NCBI GenBank assembly: GCA_002269645.1
Contig: NIVC01001394.1
Location: 7,148-71,147 of the forward strand
Source: Macrostomum lignano
Taxonomy: Eukaryota
Length of the DNA stretch: 64,000 nucleotides
Reading direction: 5' to 3'
The translations under genes and the position numbers were made by a program. Below, piece after piece: positions 22,629 through 34,350 of this stretch. Numbering within the stretch: the first letter of the stretch is position 1; the number at the start of each line of letters is the position of its first letter. The notes under the pieces were generated by a model. The model ran no database searches. It was given only the letters and a program-made list of their open reading frames with translations, and was not told the DNA's origin.

Positions 22629-25600
22629 TATATACTAAAGCTGACGTCGTGGTCCGGTGGTAGGGTGGGCCGGTGGGCCGGGTTTGTCGACGATCTCCTC
22701 CTAGGATTCTTGCAACTCAACTTTCAAACCGGTACCAAAACATGTCAAATGTCCCGACGATGCTACAATTTAAAATTCATTTTCAAATTTCAATTTTAAG
22801 TGCTTCAAAAAAGCAGAAAACAGCACAAACCAGACAGCCAGACCAGATGTCTATATATCGCATTCCATGGACTTCCCACTTGACGCTATTTTGTATGGTT
22901 GCGCCACAACTTTTCTCCTATCTCTGCAGTGTATTTCATTTCAGCTGGGGGAGGGTCGCCGGCACTTGAGAATTGGCGGCCTACTTGCTCAGTGTTAAAA
23001 AGGGGTGGAGGTGCACACTGCGCGAGAATGGATGGCTTGATTTTTTAACTCATCACAGAGTGTACATTGCGCTCTGCAAGTAAGAAACGGGAAAACTTGC
23101 ACCTTAATTTCTGCTTTTAATTTTCAAGCTACAGAAAAGTGAATCACACCGTTGGAAAGAGTTTGAAAAACTGAACAGAATGGTATAATTTTCTGTTCCG
23201 AAATCTCAACTGCATCAGAGCAATTTGTCATAGAAAATTTCTTGATTTCAATTGTGAAAACGTTAAGTGGCTGGGGAGGGGTTTCATTAATTTCAATTCT
23301 GACTGTGCAATGCACAAGCCTAGACTCTCCCTGTGCATTTGGGGAGGTGCATGGGCTATAGACTGATTTTCATATTGAGTGATTGGCTGGAGATAATATT
23401 GAGATTAAATAAATGAATCACCGCAGTGTAAACTGCTTTTTTGACCCCCAATAACCTTCTTTTGCCACTCTGCCTGGGGCTTCAGCCAGTTTGTAAAAAT
23501 AGCCACCCCAACCTCCGCCCGCGGGCCGCTGTGTATTGAGGGGTGGTGGGTGCGCGTGTTCTACGTTCAATGCAAATAAAACCCCCCGCGTGTTGGCGGG
23601 TTGAGTTAAATTTAATGCTTCCCCCGTAACGGGGGTTGGGCTTGGACTGAGTGTACATAGCTGTTGTACAGTGTAAAAAGATAGATAGAACTGTGCCGAG
23701 ATTCAATTGGTTTTATTATCGGCCCTGTGTATTAGCTGGGCAGTGAAATTCAATGAATAAACTTGCGAGCTTCTCTAGCAAGAAGTCGGGAAATCGGTAA
23801 ATTTCAAACGCTAACTGTTCCTCGAGTTTTAAACTTTGAGAGGAGAAACTTATATTGCTGGAAAGATCTTGCAACGCTGAGTTCGGGGATATAAGTTGTT
23901 TGCTTTAAATATGAAAAGAAAAAGCACAGCATTTGAAAAACTATTTCCATACTTTTAACTTTCTGCAAAAATTGTACTCAGTTTTGCGAGACGTAATAGA
24001 TAAAGTTGGGGGAGGGTTCAACTTCTCACTGCTGCTGTGTATTGGAGGGTTGATTTAGATTGACTGACTGACTGTGAAATCAGTTGCGCAATGAATTGAT
24101 TCAATTAGTTCAATATTTTTATCAGTGCCTTTTAACACAAACCTGTGCGTAGTTCTAACCCTAACCCTAACCCTAACCCTAACCAATGAATCCGGAGAGT
24201 TGAGTTGTTTGACGGAAAAAATTCGATTGAGTCCAGTTTAGCGGAGACGATTTCAATGTTTTAATTTTGACGAAGAGGATTTCTGTTTCGTGGAGAGGAT
24301 TTCGATGGCGTTCACTTTCGTGGAAAGGATTTCGATGATGTTCAGTTTCACGGAGAGGATTTCGATGATGTTCAGCTTCACGGAGAGGATTTCTGTTTCG
24401 CGGAGATAATTTATGATTGATTTCTGTTTTATGGAGACCATTTTGATGGATTTAAGTTTCAAGGAGAGGATTTCGAAGGAGTCCAGTTTCACGGAGAGGA
24501 TTTCGATGGTTTTCAGTTGCACGGACAGGATTTTTCTGCTTCGCGGAGAGGATCTTGATGGATTTGGCATCTTCAATCAGTCAGAGAAGAGAGTAAAGAG
24601 AAGAATGAAAAGAGAAGAGAGATGAGATGATAGAAAACAGAGTAGAAATGAATGGAGAGATTAGACATGACAGATGGGAGAGAAGAGGGGAGTAAGGCGG
24701 GAACGAAGGAAGAGAAAAGAGAAGAGGAGAGAGGAGATGAAGGGAGAGGATATGAGAGAGGAGATATGAGATAGCAGAGAGGAGACAGGAGAGAAAAGAA
24801 AGGAGGGATAAGAGCGTACAGAGGCAATAGAAGAGAGGAAAGAGAGGAGAGAGGTGAGAGGTGAGAGGAGAGAGATGAAAGATCAGAGATCAGAGATTCA
24901 AGAGAAGAAAGTAGTGAGGAGAAAGAAGAGGGTAAAGATGAGAGTGCAGAGAGGAGAGAAACGAGAGGAGACAGGTGATAGAAAAGAGTGTAAAAAAACA
25001 GGATATAAGAAAGGAGAGGGTGAGAGTGAGAGCATATAGGAAAGTGTAAAAGGGGAGAGAGAATAGATAAGTGAGTAGAGAAGAGATATGAGAGAGGAGA
25101 GAAGAGAGATTAGAGAAGAGATGAGGGGAGATAAGAGAAGAGGGAATGGAGAGGAGAGAAAAGAGAGGAGAGGAGACAGGTGATGCAGTAGAAAGGGAAG
25201 AAAGATGGTAGATAAGAAAGGAGAGGGTGAGAGCGTATAAGAGATACGAGTAATGAAAGCAGAGAGAAGAGAGAAAAGGGAAGAGAGAAAGTAGAGCGGA
25301 GACGATAGATAAGTGAGTAGAGATGAGATATGAGAGAGGAGAGAAAAGGGGAGAGATAAGAGAGAAGATATGAGAGTAGACAGGAGAGGGTACAGACGAA
25401 AGGCGAGGGAGAAGAGATAAATAAGGGAGTAGAAATGAGATATGAGAGAGAAGAGATAAGCGAGAAGAGTAGGAATAGAGGAGAGAGAGAAGCGAGAGAA
25501 GGGAGAGAGGAGGGAGAAGAGAGATGAAAGATCAGAGATGAGAGAGATGAAAGTGTAGAGAGGAGTAATTAGTGAGTAGAAAGAAGAGAGTAAAAATAAA

Positions 25601-25779
25601 AATCAGAGCGCAGGGCGCAAGAGATGAGAGATGGGAGTTGATAGATTGTAGAGGATTTGGAGATGATTTGGAAGATGGGATTCAATTCATTGAATTTCAG
25701 CTGATAGGAGTTCTTCCCCTTCAGAATTCCGGTGATGGGAGTTCTTCCCCTTTCTCCTCCAGAGGAGGAGTTCCACTCG
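22629..25779 (+). mobile_element. Non-autonomous Helitron-like unit B2 (3151 bp)
   Basis: Copy of B1 with one fewer 30-bp sub-repeat; hairpin loop is AGA instead of GAA with the stem preserved. Confidence 0.8.
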
Positions 25780-28259
25780 TATATACTAAAGCTGACGTCG
25801 TGGTCCGGTGGTAGGGTGGGCCGGTGGGCCGGGTTTGTCGACGATCTCCTCCTAGGATTCTTGCAACTCAACTTTCAAACCGGTACCAAAACATGTCAAA
25901 TGTCCCGACGATGCTACAATTTAAAATTCATTTTCAAATTTCAATTTTAAGTGCTTCAAAAAAGCAGAAAACAGCACAAACCAGACAGCCAGACCAGATG
26001 TCTATATATCGCATTCCATGGACTTCCCACTTGACGCTATTTTGTATGGTTGCGCCACAACTTTTCTCCTATCTCTGCAGTGTATTTCATTTCAGCTGGG
26101 GGAGGGTCGCCGGCACTTGAGAATTGGCGGCCTACTTGCTCAGTGTTAAAAAGGGGTGGAGGTGCACACTGCGCGAGAATGGATGGCTTGATTTTTTAAC
26201 TCATCACAGAGTGTACATTGCGCTCTGCAAGTAAGAAACGGGAAAACTTGCACCTTAATTTCTGCTTTTAATTTTCAAGCTACAGAAAAGTGAATCACAC
26301 CGTTGGAAAGAGTTTGAAAAACTGAACAGAATGGTATAATTTTCTGTTCCGAAATCTCAACTGCATCAGAGCAATTTGTCATAGAAAATTTCTTGATTTC
26401 AATTTGTCAACCCTAGCTCACTGGCTGACTTTATAGATAATTGCGCAATGATATGGCTACTGATAAGTTTTCCTGCCTTTCAATGGGCAGTCCTGTGTAT
26501 TTGTTGGACATTGAAATTCAATGCATCATCTTGCAAGCAGGCAGTGAACGTACACTCGATACTTCAATGCTATAAATCAGACAGTTTCAAACGCTAACTG
26601 TTCCTCGAGTTTTAAACTTTGAGAGAAGAGACTTATATTGCTGGAAAGATCTTGCAACGCTGAGTTCGGGGATATAAGTTGTTTGCTTTAAATATGAAAA
26701 GAAAAAGCACAGCATTTGAAAAACTATTTCCATACTTTTAACTTTCTGCAAAGATTGTACTTTAATCTGCAAAGATTGTTGGGGGAAGGGTTCAACTTCT
26801 CACTGCTGCTGTGTATTGGAGGGTTGATTTAGATTGCGCAATGTTTTTGTTAACTTTACCTGAGGCTGATACTGACTGACTGTGAAATCGGTTGCGCAAT
26901 GAATTGATTCAATTAGTTCAATATTTTTATCTGTGCCTTTTAACACGAAGCTGTGCGTAGTTCTAACCCTAACCCTAACCCTAACCCTAACCCTAATGAA
27001 TCTGGCGAGTTGAGTTGTTTGACGGAAAAAATTCGATTAAGTCAAGTTTAGCAGAGACGATTTCAATGTTTAAATTCTGACGGAGAAGATTTCTGTTTCG
27101 TGGAGAGGATTTCGATGATGTTCAGTTTCACGAAAGGATTTCCATGGTGTTCAGTTTCACGGAGAGGATTTCGATCATGTTCAGCTTCACGGAGAGGCTT
27201 TCTGTTTCGCTGAGATAATTTATGATTGATTTCTGTTTTATGGAAACAATTTTGATGGATTCAGGTTTCAAGGAGAGGATTTCGAAGGAGTCCAGTTTCA
27301 CTGAGAGGATTTCGATGGTTTTTAGTTGCACAGACAGGATTTTTGCTTCGCGGAGAGGATCTTGATGGATTTGGCATCTTCAATCAGTCAGAGAAGAGAG
27401 TAAAGAGAAGACTGAAAAGAGAAGAGAGAAGAGATGATAGAAAACAGAGTATAATTGAGTGGAGAGATTAGACATGACAGATTGGAGATGATAGGAGAGA
27501 GAATAGATGAGGGATAAGAGCGTACAGAGGCAATAGAAGAGAGGGGAGAGTAGAGGAGAAAGAAAGAGTGAGATGAGGAGATGAGGGATGAGAGAGGAGG
27601 GGAGAGAGGAGACAGGAGAGAGTACAGACGAAAGACTAGGGAGAAGATATAAATAAGGTAGTAAAGATGAGAGGAGAGAGAGGAGAGAGAAGCGAAAGGA
27701 GAAGAGAGTGAGGAGAGAGGAGAGAGATAAAAGGAGCAAGGAAAGGAGAAAAGAGAGAATGGAGAGAATAGAAAAGAGAGAAGAGAAGAGACAGGGGATA
27801 GTGAAAAGGAGGAAGAAAGATGGGAGACAAGAAAGTAGTGTCAGAGCGTATATGAAATATGAGAAATGAGAGCAGAGAGAAGAGAAAAGAGAAGAGAGAG
27901 AGAGGGTTAAGAAAGACGATAGATAAGTGAGTAGAGATGACATATGAGAGAGGAGAGAAGAGGGAGAGATAAGAGTGAAGAGAGGAGACAGAAGACAGGA
28001 GAAGGTACAGACGAAAGACGAGGGAGAAGAGATAAATAAGGGAGCAGGGGTAGAAATGAGATGAGAGAGAGGAGAGAGGAGATACGAGAGACTTGAGAGT
28101 CTTTGAGCTATGGTCTTTGAAAGATTTTGTAAAGAATTTGGAGACGATTTGGAAGATAGGGTTAAAGACATGGAATTTCAGTTGATGGATATTACAGGGA
28201 ATAGAATTCCGGTGATGGGAGTTCTTCCCCTTTCTCCTCCGAAGGAGGAGTTCCACTCG
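25780..28259 (+). mobile_element. Non-autonomous Helitron-like unit A3 (2480 bp)
   Basis: Nearly identical to A2; ends with hairpin plus CTCG. Confidence 0.8.
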
Positions 28260-28800
28260 TAATATACTAAAAATGAAATGCTTGGTTGCTTGCTTGTAAT
28301 TGATTTTCTCCCGAACGGCTCAACCGATTTTCTTCAAACTTGCACCATTCGATCAGAAATTTTCCCGGGACGGTACATGCATATTGGCTAAGAAATTTCT
28401 CAATGTTAAAGGGATTAAATATTCGAAAAACATGATTTTTTGCAAAGGTCAAGCAGCTCTTTCGACCTGAAATGCATTGTAAGAATGCTAGAGAAAAATC
28501 TGACTGGTTGAATTCTGATTCTGAAATAGATTGCATCACAATACACTTTATTTATCGTCTGTGTACTGGCTGAATTTGACACTCAATTGAATTGCGTCAC
28601 AGCTTTGAGGGTGAAAGTATAGTGCAGTACTGAATTTATATTACGTAACCATATTGTTAACTTTCATAGACACTGGTACTGACTTGCCTAAGAAATTGAT
28701 TATGTCATAACTGCTTCGCGTGACTTTTTACTCTACCTGACTTGGTGTGAGTGTTGAATTAATTATATAAGTGGTACAAATTCACTGATAACTTCGATGA

Positions 28801-28866
28801 GAGCTAGCCTAGAGCTGAGCAGACCAGACTGCTAATGCAGCGACCTGGGTTCGAATCTAAGTAGTT
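28801..28866 (+). other. tRNA-derived Pol III-type head (SINE-like), copy 1
   Basis: A-box-like TAGCCTAGAG, anticodon-loop-like AGACTGCTAAT, B box GGTTCGAATC; no closed acceptor stem. Confidence 0.55.
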
Positions 28867-28929
28867 TAAAAGTAGTAGTGTAAAATTTTTTATTAAAAGC
28901 TTTTATTAAAGGACTAAATAAAAACACTT

Positions 28930-31900
28930 AGATTACTGCACTCGATAAGCTAAGGATTATTGCTCTTGGCAAACCAAGGAATACTGCACTCGATAAGCCA
29001 AGGATTATTGCTCTTGGCAAACCAAGGATTACTGCACTCGATAAGCCATGGATTATTGCTATTAATAAACCAAGGATTACTGCACTCGATAAGCCAAGGA
29101 TTATTGCTATTAATAAACCAAGGATTACTGCACTCGATAAGCCAAGGATTATTGCTATTAATAAACCAAGGATTACTGCACTCATAAGCCATGGATTATT
29201 GCTATTAATAAACCAAGGATTACTGCACTCGATAAGCCAAGGATTATTGCTATTAATAAACCAAGGATTACTGCACTCGATAAACCAAGGATTATTGCTA
29301 TTAATAAACCAAGGATTACTGCACTCGATAAGCCAAGGACTATTGCTATTAATAAACCAAGGATTACTGCACTCAATAAACCAAGGACTATTGCTCTTGG
29401 CAAACCAAGGATTACTGCACTCGATAAGCCAAGGACTATTGCTCTTGGCAAACCAAGGATTACTGCACTCGATAAGCCATGGATTATTGCTATTAATAAA
29501 CCAAGGATTACTGCACTCGATAAGCCAAGGATTATTGCTATTAATAAACTAAGGATTACTGCACTCGATAAACCAAGGATTATTGCTATTAATAAACCAA
29601 GGATTATGCACTTGGCAAACCAAGGATTACTGCAATCGATAAGCCAAGGATTATTGCTATTAATAAACCAAGCATTACTGCACTCAATAAACCAAGGACT
29701 ATTGCTATTAATAAACCAAGGATTACTGCACTCAAAAAACCAAGGACTATTGCTCTTGGCAAACCAAGGATTACTGCACTCGATAAGCCAAGGATTATTG
29801 CTATTAATAAACCAAGGATTACTGCACTCGATAAGCCAAGGATTATTGCTATTAATAAACCAAGGATTAATGCACTCGATAAACCAAGGATTATTGCTAT
29901 TAATAAACCAAGGATTACTGCACTCGATAAGCCAAGGATTATTGCTATTAATAAACCAAGGATTATGCACTTGGCAAACGAAGGATTACTGCACTCGATA
30001 AGCCAAGGATTATTGCTATTAATAAACCAAGGATTACTGCACTCAATAAACCAAGGACTATTGCTATTAATAAACCAAGGATTACTGCACTCAATAAACC
30101 AAGGACTATTGCTCTTGGCAAACCAAGGATTACTGCACTCGATAAGCCAAGGACTATTGCTCTTGGCAAACCAAGGATTACTGCACTCGATAAGCCATGG
30201 ATTATTGCTATTAATAAACCAAGGATTACTGCACTCGATAAGCCAAGGATTATTGCTATTAATAAACCATGAATTACTGCACTCGATAAGCCAAGGATTA
30301 TTGCTATTAATAAACCAAGGATTACTGCACTCATAAGCCATGGATTATTGCTATTAATAAACCAAGGATTACTGCACTCGATAAGCCAAGGATTATTGCT
30401 ATTAATAAACCAAGGATTACTGCACTCGATAAACCAAGGATTATTGCTATTAATAAACCAAGGATTACTGCACTCAATAAACCAAGGACTATTGCTCTTG
30501 GCAAACCAAGGATTACTGCACTCGATAAGCCAAGGACTATTGCTCTTGGCAAACCAAGGATTACTGCACTCGATAAGCCATGGATTATTGCTATTAATAA
30601 ACCAAGGATTACTGCACTCGATAAGCCAAGGATTATTGCTATTAATAAACTAAGGATTACTGCACTCGATAAACCAAGGATTATTGCTATTAATAAACCA
30701 AGGATTATGCACTTGGCAAACCAAGGATTACTGCAATCGATAAGCCAAGGATTATTGCTATTAATAAACCAAGCATTACTGCACTCAATAAACCAAGGAC
30801 TATTGCTATTAATAAACCAAGGATTACTGCACTCAAAAAACCAAGGACTATTGCTCTTGGCAAACCAAGGATTACTGCACTCGATAAGCCAAGGATTATT
30901 GCTATTAATAAACCAAGGATTACTGCACTCAATAAGCCATGGATTATTGCTATTAATAAACCAAGGATTAATGCACTCGATAAACCAAGGATTATTGCTA
31001 TTAATAAACCAAGGATTACTGCACTCGATAAGCCAAGGATTATTGCTATTAATAAACCAAGGATTATGCACTTGGCAAACCAAGGATTACTGCACTCGAT
31101 AAGCCAAGGATTATTGCTATTAATAAACCAAGGATTACTGCACTCAATAAACCAAGGACTATTGCTATTAATAAACCAAGGATTACTGCACTCAATAAAC
31201 CAAGGACTATTGCTCTTGGCAAACCAAGGATTACTGCACTCGATAAGCCAAGGACTATTGCTCTTGGCAAACCAAGGATTACTGCACTCGATAAGCCATG
31301 GATTATTGCTATTAATAAACCAAGGATTACTGCACTCGATAAGCCAAGGATTATTGCTATTAATAAACCAAGGATTACTGCACTCGATAAACCAAGGATT
31401 ATGCACTTGGCAAACCAAGGATTACTGCACTCGATAAGCCAAGGATTATTGCTATTAATAAACCAAGGATTACTGCACTCAATAAACCAAGGACTATTGC
31501 TATTAATAAACCAAGGATTACTGCACTCAATAAACCAAGGACTATTGCTCTTGGCAAACCAAGGATTACTGCACTCGATAAGCCAAGGACTATTGCTCTT
31601 GGCAAACCAAGGATTACTGCACTCGATAAGCCATGGATTATTGCTATTAATAAACCAAGGATTACTGCACTCGATAAGCCAAGGATTATTGCTATTAATA
31701 AACCAAGGATTACTGCACTCGATAAGGCATGGATTATTGCTATTAATAAACCAAGGATTACTGCACTCGATAAGCCAAGGATTATTGCTATTAATAAACC
31801 ATGAATTACTGCACTCGATAAGCCAAGGATTATTGCTATTAATAAACCAAGGATTACTGCACTCGATAAGCCATGGATTATTGCTATTAATAAACCAAGG

Positions 31901-31935
31901 ATTACTGCACTCGATAGCCAAGGATTACTGGGCTT
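28930..31935. repeat. 3-kb satellite, 48-bp dimer of two 24-bp monomers (CCAAGGATTACTGCACTCGATAAG / CCAAGGATTATTGCTATTAATAAA)
   Basis: 16-aa periodicity in the spurious ORFs equals 48 bp; variant monomers recur with a higher-order period. Confidence 0.97.
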
Positions 31936-31959
31936 GATAAGCTTGGCTACATGTATAGG

Positions 31960-32190
31960 ATTATTTCTATCCAGGGATGCTTGCTATTTAGGGATTCTTG
32001 CTATGTGCAGGATGCTTGCTATCTGGAAGGATGCTTCTACATTATTTGGGGTATGCTTGCTATCTGCAAGATGCTTGCTATCTGCAAGATGCTTGCTATC
32101 TGCAGATGCTTGCTATCTGGGTGGATGCTTGCTAGGAGTATTAGGGGATGCTTGCTACTGGGGGGATGCTTGCTGTCTTGGGAATATTTT
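31960..32190. repeat. Degenerate 18-bp minisatellite (GATGCTTGCTATCTGCAA)n
   Basis: Exact 18-bp units at 32052-32105, degenerate on both sides. Confidence 0.85.
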
Positions 32191-32220
32191 CTATTTAGGG
32201 GTAATGACTAAAATTCATGA

Positions 32221-32285
32221 GAGCTAGCCTAGAGGTAAACAGACTAAACTGCTAAATGCAGGGACGATGGTTCGAATTTTTAGAG
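32221..32285 (+). other. tRNA-derived Pol III-type head (SINE-like), copy 2
   Basis: GAGCTAGCCTAGAGGTAA...AACTGCTAAATG...GGTTCGAATT, a diverged paralogue of 28801-28866. Confidence 0.5.
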
Positions 32286-32339
32286 AGTAGAGTTTTTTTA
32301 ATTAAAGCCTTTTAACGCCAAGACAAAAAAAATTATGGA

Positions 32340-33260
32340 AGCGTCATGTAAACAATCATACAAGCGTCATGTAAACAATCATAGAAGCGTCATGTAAACA
32401 ATCATAGAAGCGTCATGTAAACAATCATAGAAGCGTCATGTAAAAATCATAGAAGCGTAATGTAAACAATCATAGAAGCGTCATGTTAAAATCATAAAAG
32501 CGTCATGTAAACAATCATACAAGCGTCATGTAAACAATCATAGAAGCGTCATGTAAAAAAATCATAGAAGCGTCATGTTAAAATCATAAAAGCGTCATAA
32601 AAAATCATAGAAGCGTCATGCAAGCAATCATAGAAGCGTAATGTAAACAATCATAGAAGCGTCATGTTAAAATCATACAAGCGTCATGTAAACAATCATA
32701 CAAGCGTCATGTAAACAATCATAGAAGCGTCATGTAAAAAAATCATAGAAGCGTCATGTTAAAATCATAGAAGCGTCATGTAAACAATCATAGAAGCGTC
32801 ATGTAAACAATCATAGAAGCGTCATGTAAAAATCATAGAAGCGTCATGTAAAAATCATAGAAGCGTCATGTAAACAATCATAAAAGCGTCATGTAAACAA
32901 TCATAGAAGCGTCATGTATACAATCATAGAAGCGTCATGTAAACAATCATAGAAGCGTCATGTAAAAAATCATAGAAGCGTCATGTAAAAATCATAGAAG
33001 CGTCATGTAAAAATCATAGAAGCGTCATGTAAAAATCATAGAAGCGTCATGTAAAAATCATAGAAGCGTCATGTAAAAAATCATAGAAGCGTCATGTAAA
33101 AATCATAAAAGCGTCATGTAAAAAATCATAGAAGCGTCATGTAAACAATCATACAAGCGTCATGTAAACAATCATAGAAGCGTCATGTAAAAATCATACA
33201 AGCGTCATGTAAACAAGCATAGAAGCGTCATGAAAAAATTATAGAAGCCTCATATAAAAA
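32340..33260. repeat. 22-24 bp satellite (AGAAGCGTCATGTAAACAATCAT)n
   Basis: About 40 copies with length variation in the A-run; decays toward 33350. Confidence 0.95.
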
Positions 33261-33399
33261 CTAATGAAAGTGTGTCATTTAAAAAATTAAGAAGCATCAT
33301 GGAAGAATAAAAGAAGCGTAACGTAAAAATCAAAAGAAGCGTCATGTCAGACATGAAAGAAATGTCATATATAAAAATTAAATGAAGCTATAGTACAGT

Positions 33400-34350
33400 G
33401 CTGTGCTGGGGAGAATTACTGAAACGTCAAGGCTCACAGAGAATAACTGAGATTACAGGGGGGTTTCTGAGATGTTAAAGCAAAAGTCAGAAGCTACTTC
33501 AAAGTACATGTACTTTACTTAAGTTTTTTATTGCATTCTTTGTTGGCTTGCCACGGTGGGGGGGGGCGCTGATAGAAGAAGAGTCATGTAAAAATAAAAG
33601 GAGCACTATGTATACATAAAATAAAAGTCATGTCAAAGTTAAAAGATTCATTTGGGAATTGCTACGATGTCAAAGCTTGGAGGGAATCGTTATAGTGCTG
33701 TGATTCTTAAAGAAGGAATCACTTAAATGCCAAGGCTTAGGGAAGAAGAATTGCTGTGATTTCAAGGCTTTAGGTTGGGTGAAAGTTAGGTTTACGTCAG
33801 GTTTGGGTTGAGGGTTAGATTTTAGCGCGTTTCAAGGTTAACAGGGGATTTTTTAGATTTCAAGGTTTATGGGGGGCATCGCTGACATGTCAAGGCTTAC
33901 GAGGGAGCCTATCTATCTATCTATAGCTGAGATGTCAAGGCTCACGGGGGAATAAATGAGATGTCAAGGCTAATGTCAGAAGCTACATGTAGTTTATTGG
34001 AAAAAAGTTATTACATTATTTGTTGGCTCCTCACGGGAGGGATCGCTGATAGAAAAAGCGTAATGTAAAAAAAAAGAAGCTTCATGTCAAAGTTAAGAGA
34101 TTCATTTGGGAATCCCTACGATGTCGAGGCTTGCAGGGAATCGCTATAATGCTGTAGTAGTGCTATAGACTCTTAGAGAGAATTACTGAAATTTCAATGC
34201 TTTAGGGTTAGGGTTAGGGTTAGGGTTAGGGTTAGAAAATAGACAGATTTTTTAAGATTTCAAGGCTTGTGGGAGCATTGCTGAGATGTCAAGGGGGGAG
34301 TTGATATGTTAAGGCTTGTGGGGGGGATTGCTGACATGTCAAGGCTTACA
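33400..34350. repeat. Degenerate copies of the 30-bp GGGAATTGCTGAGATGTCAAGGCTT family, with an internal ~520-bp duplication
   Basis: Recurring (G)GGGATTGCTGA(G/C)ATGTCAAGGCTT motifs; the block near 33490-33720 is repeated in diverged form near 33980-34200. Confidence 0.75.

Noticed and set aside
16077-28256. Hydrophobic Leu/Ser-rich minus-strand ORFs of 200-290 aa in the A/B units
   Set aside because: Reverse complement of low-complexity GA tracts; no Rep or helicase motifs, so the units are non-autonomous.
28801-28870. Functional tRNA-Ser gene
   Set aside because: No paired acceptor stem and no long variable arm; kept only as a tRNA-derived head.
28928-31937. Many overlapping Leu/Ile-rich or Trp/Asn-rich ORFs on both strands
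   Set aside because: Translations of the 48-bp satellite.
28930-33260. CRISPR array interpretation of the regular repeats
   Set aside because: No unique spacers, no cas genes, and a clearly eukaryotic intron-containing context.
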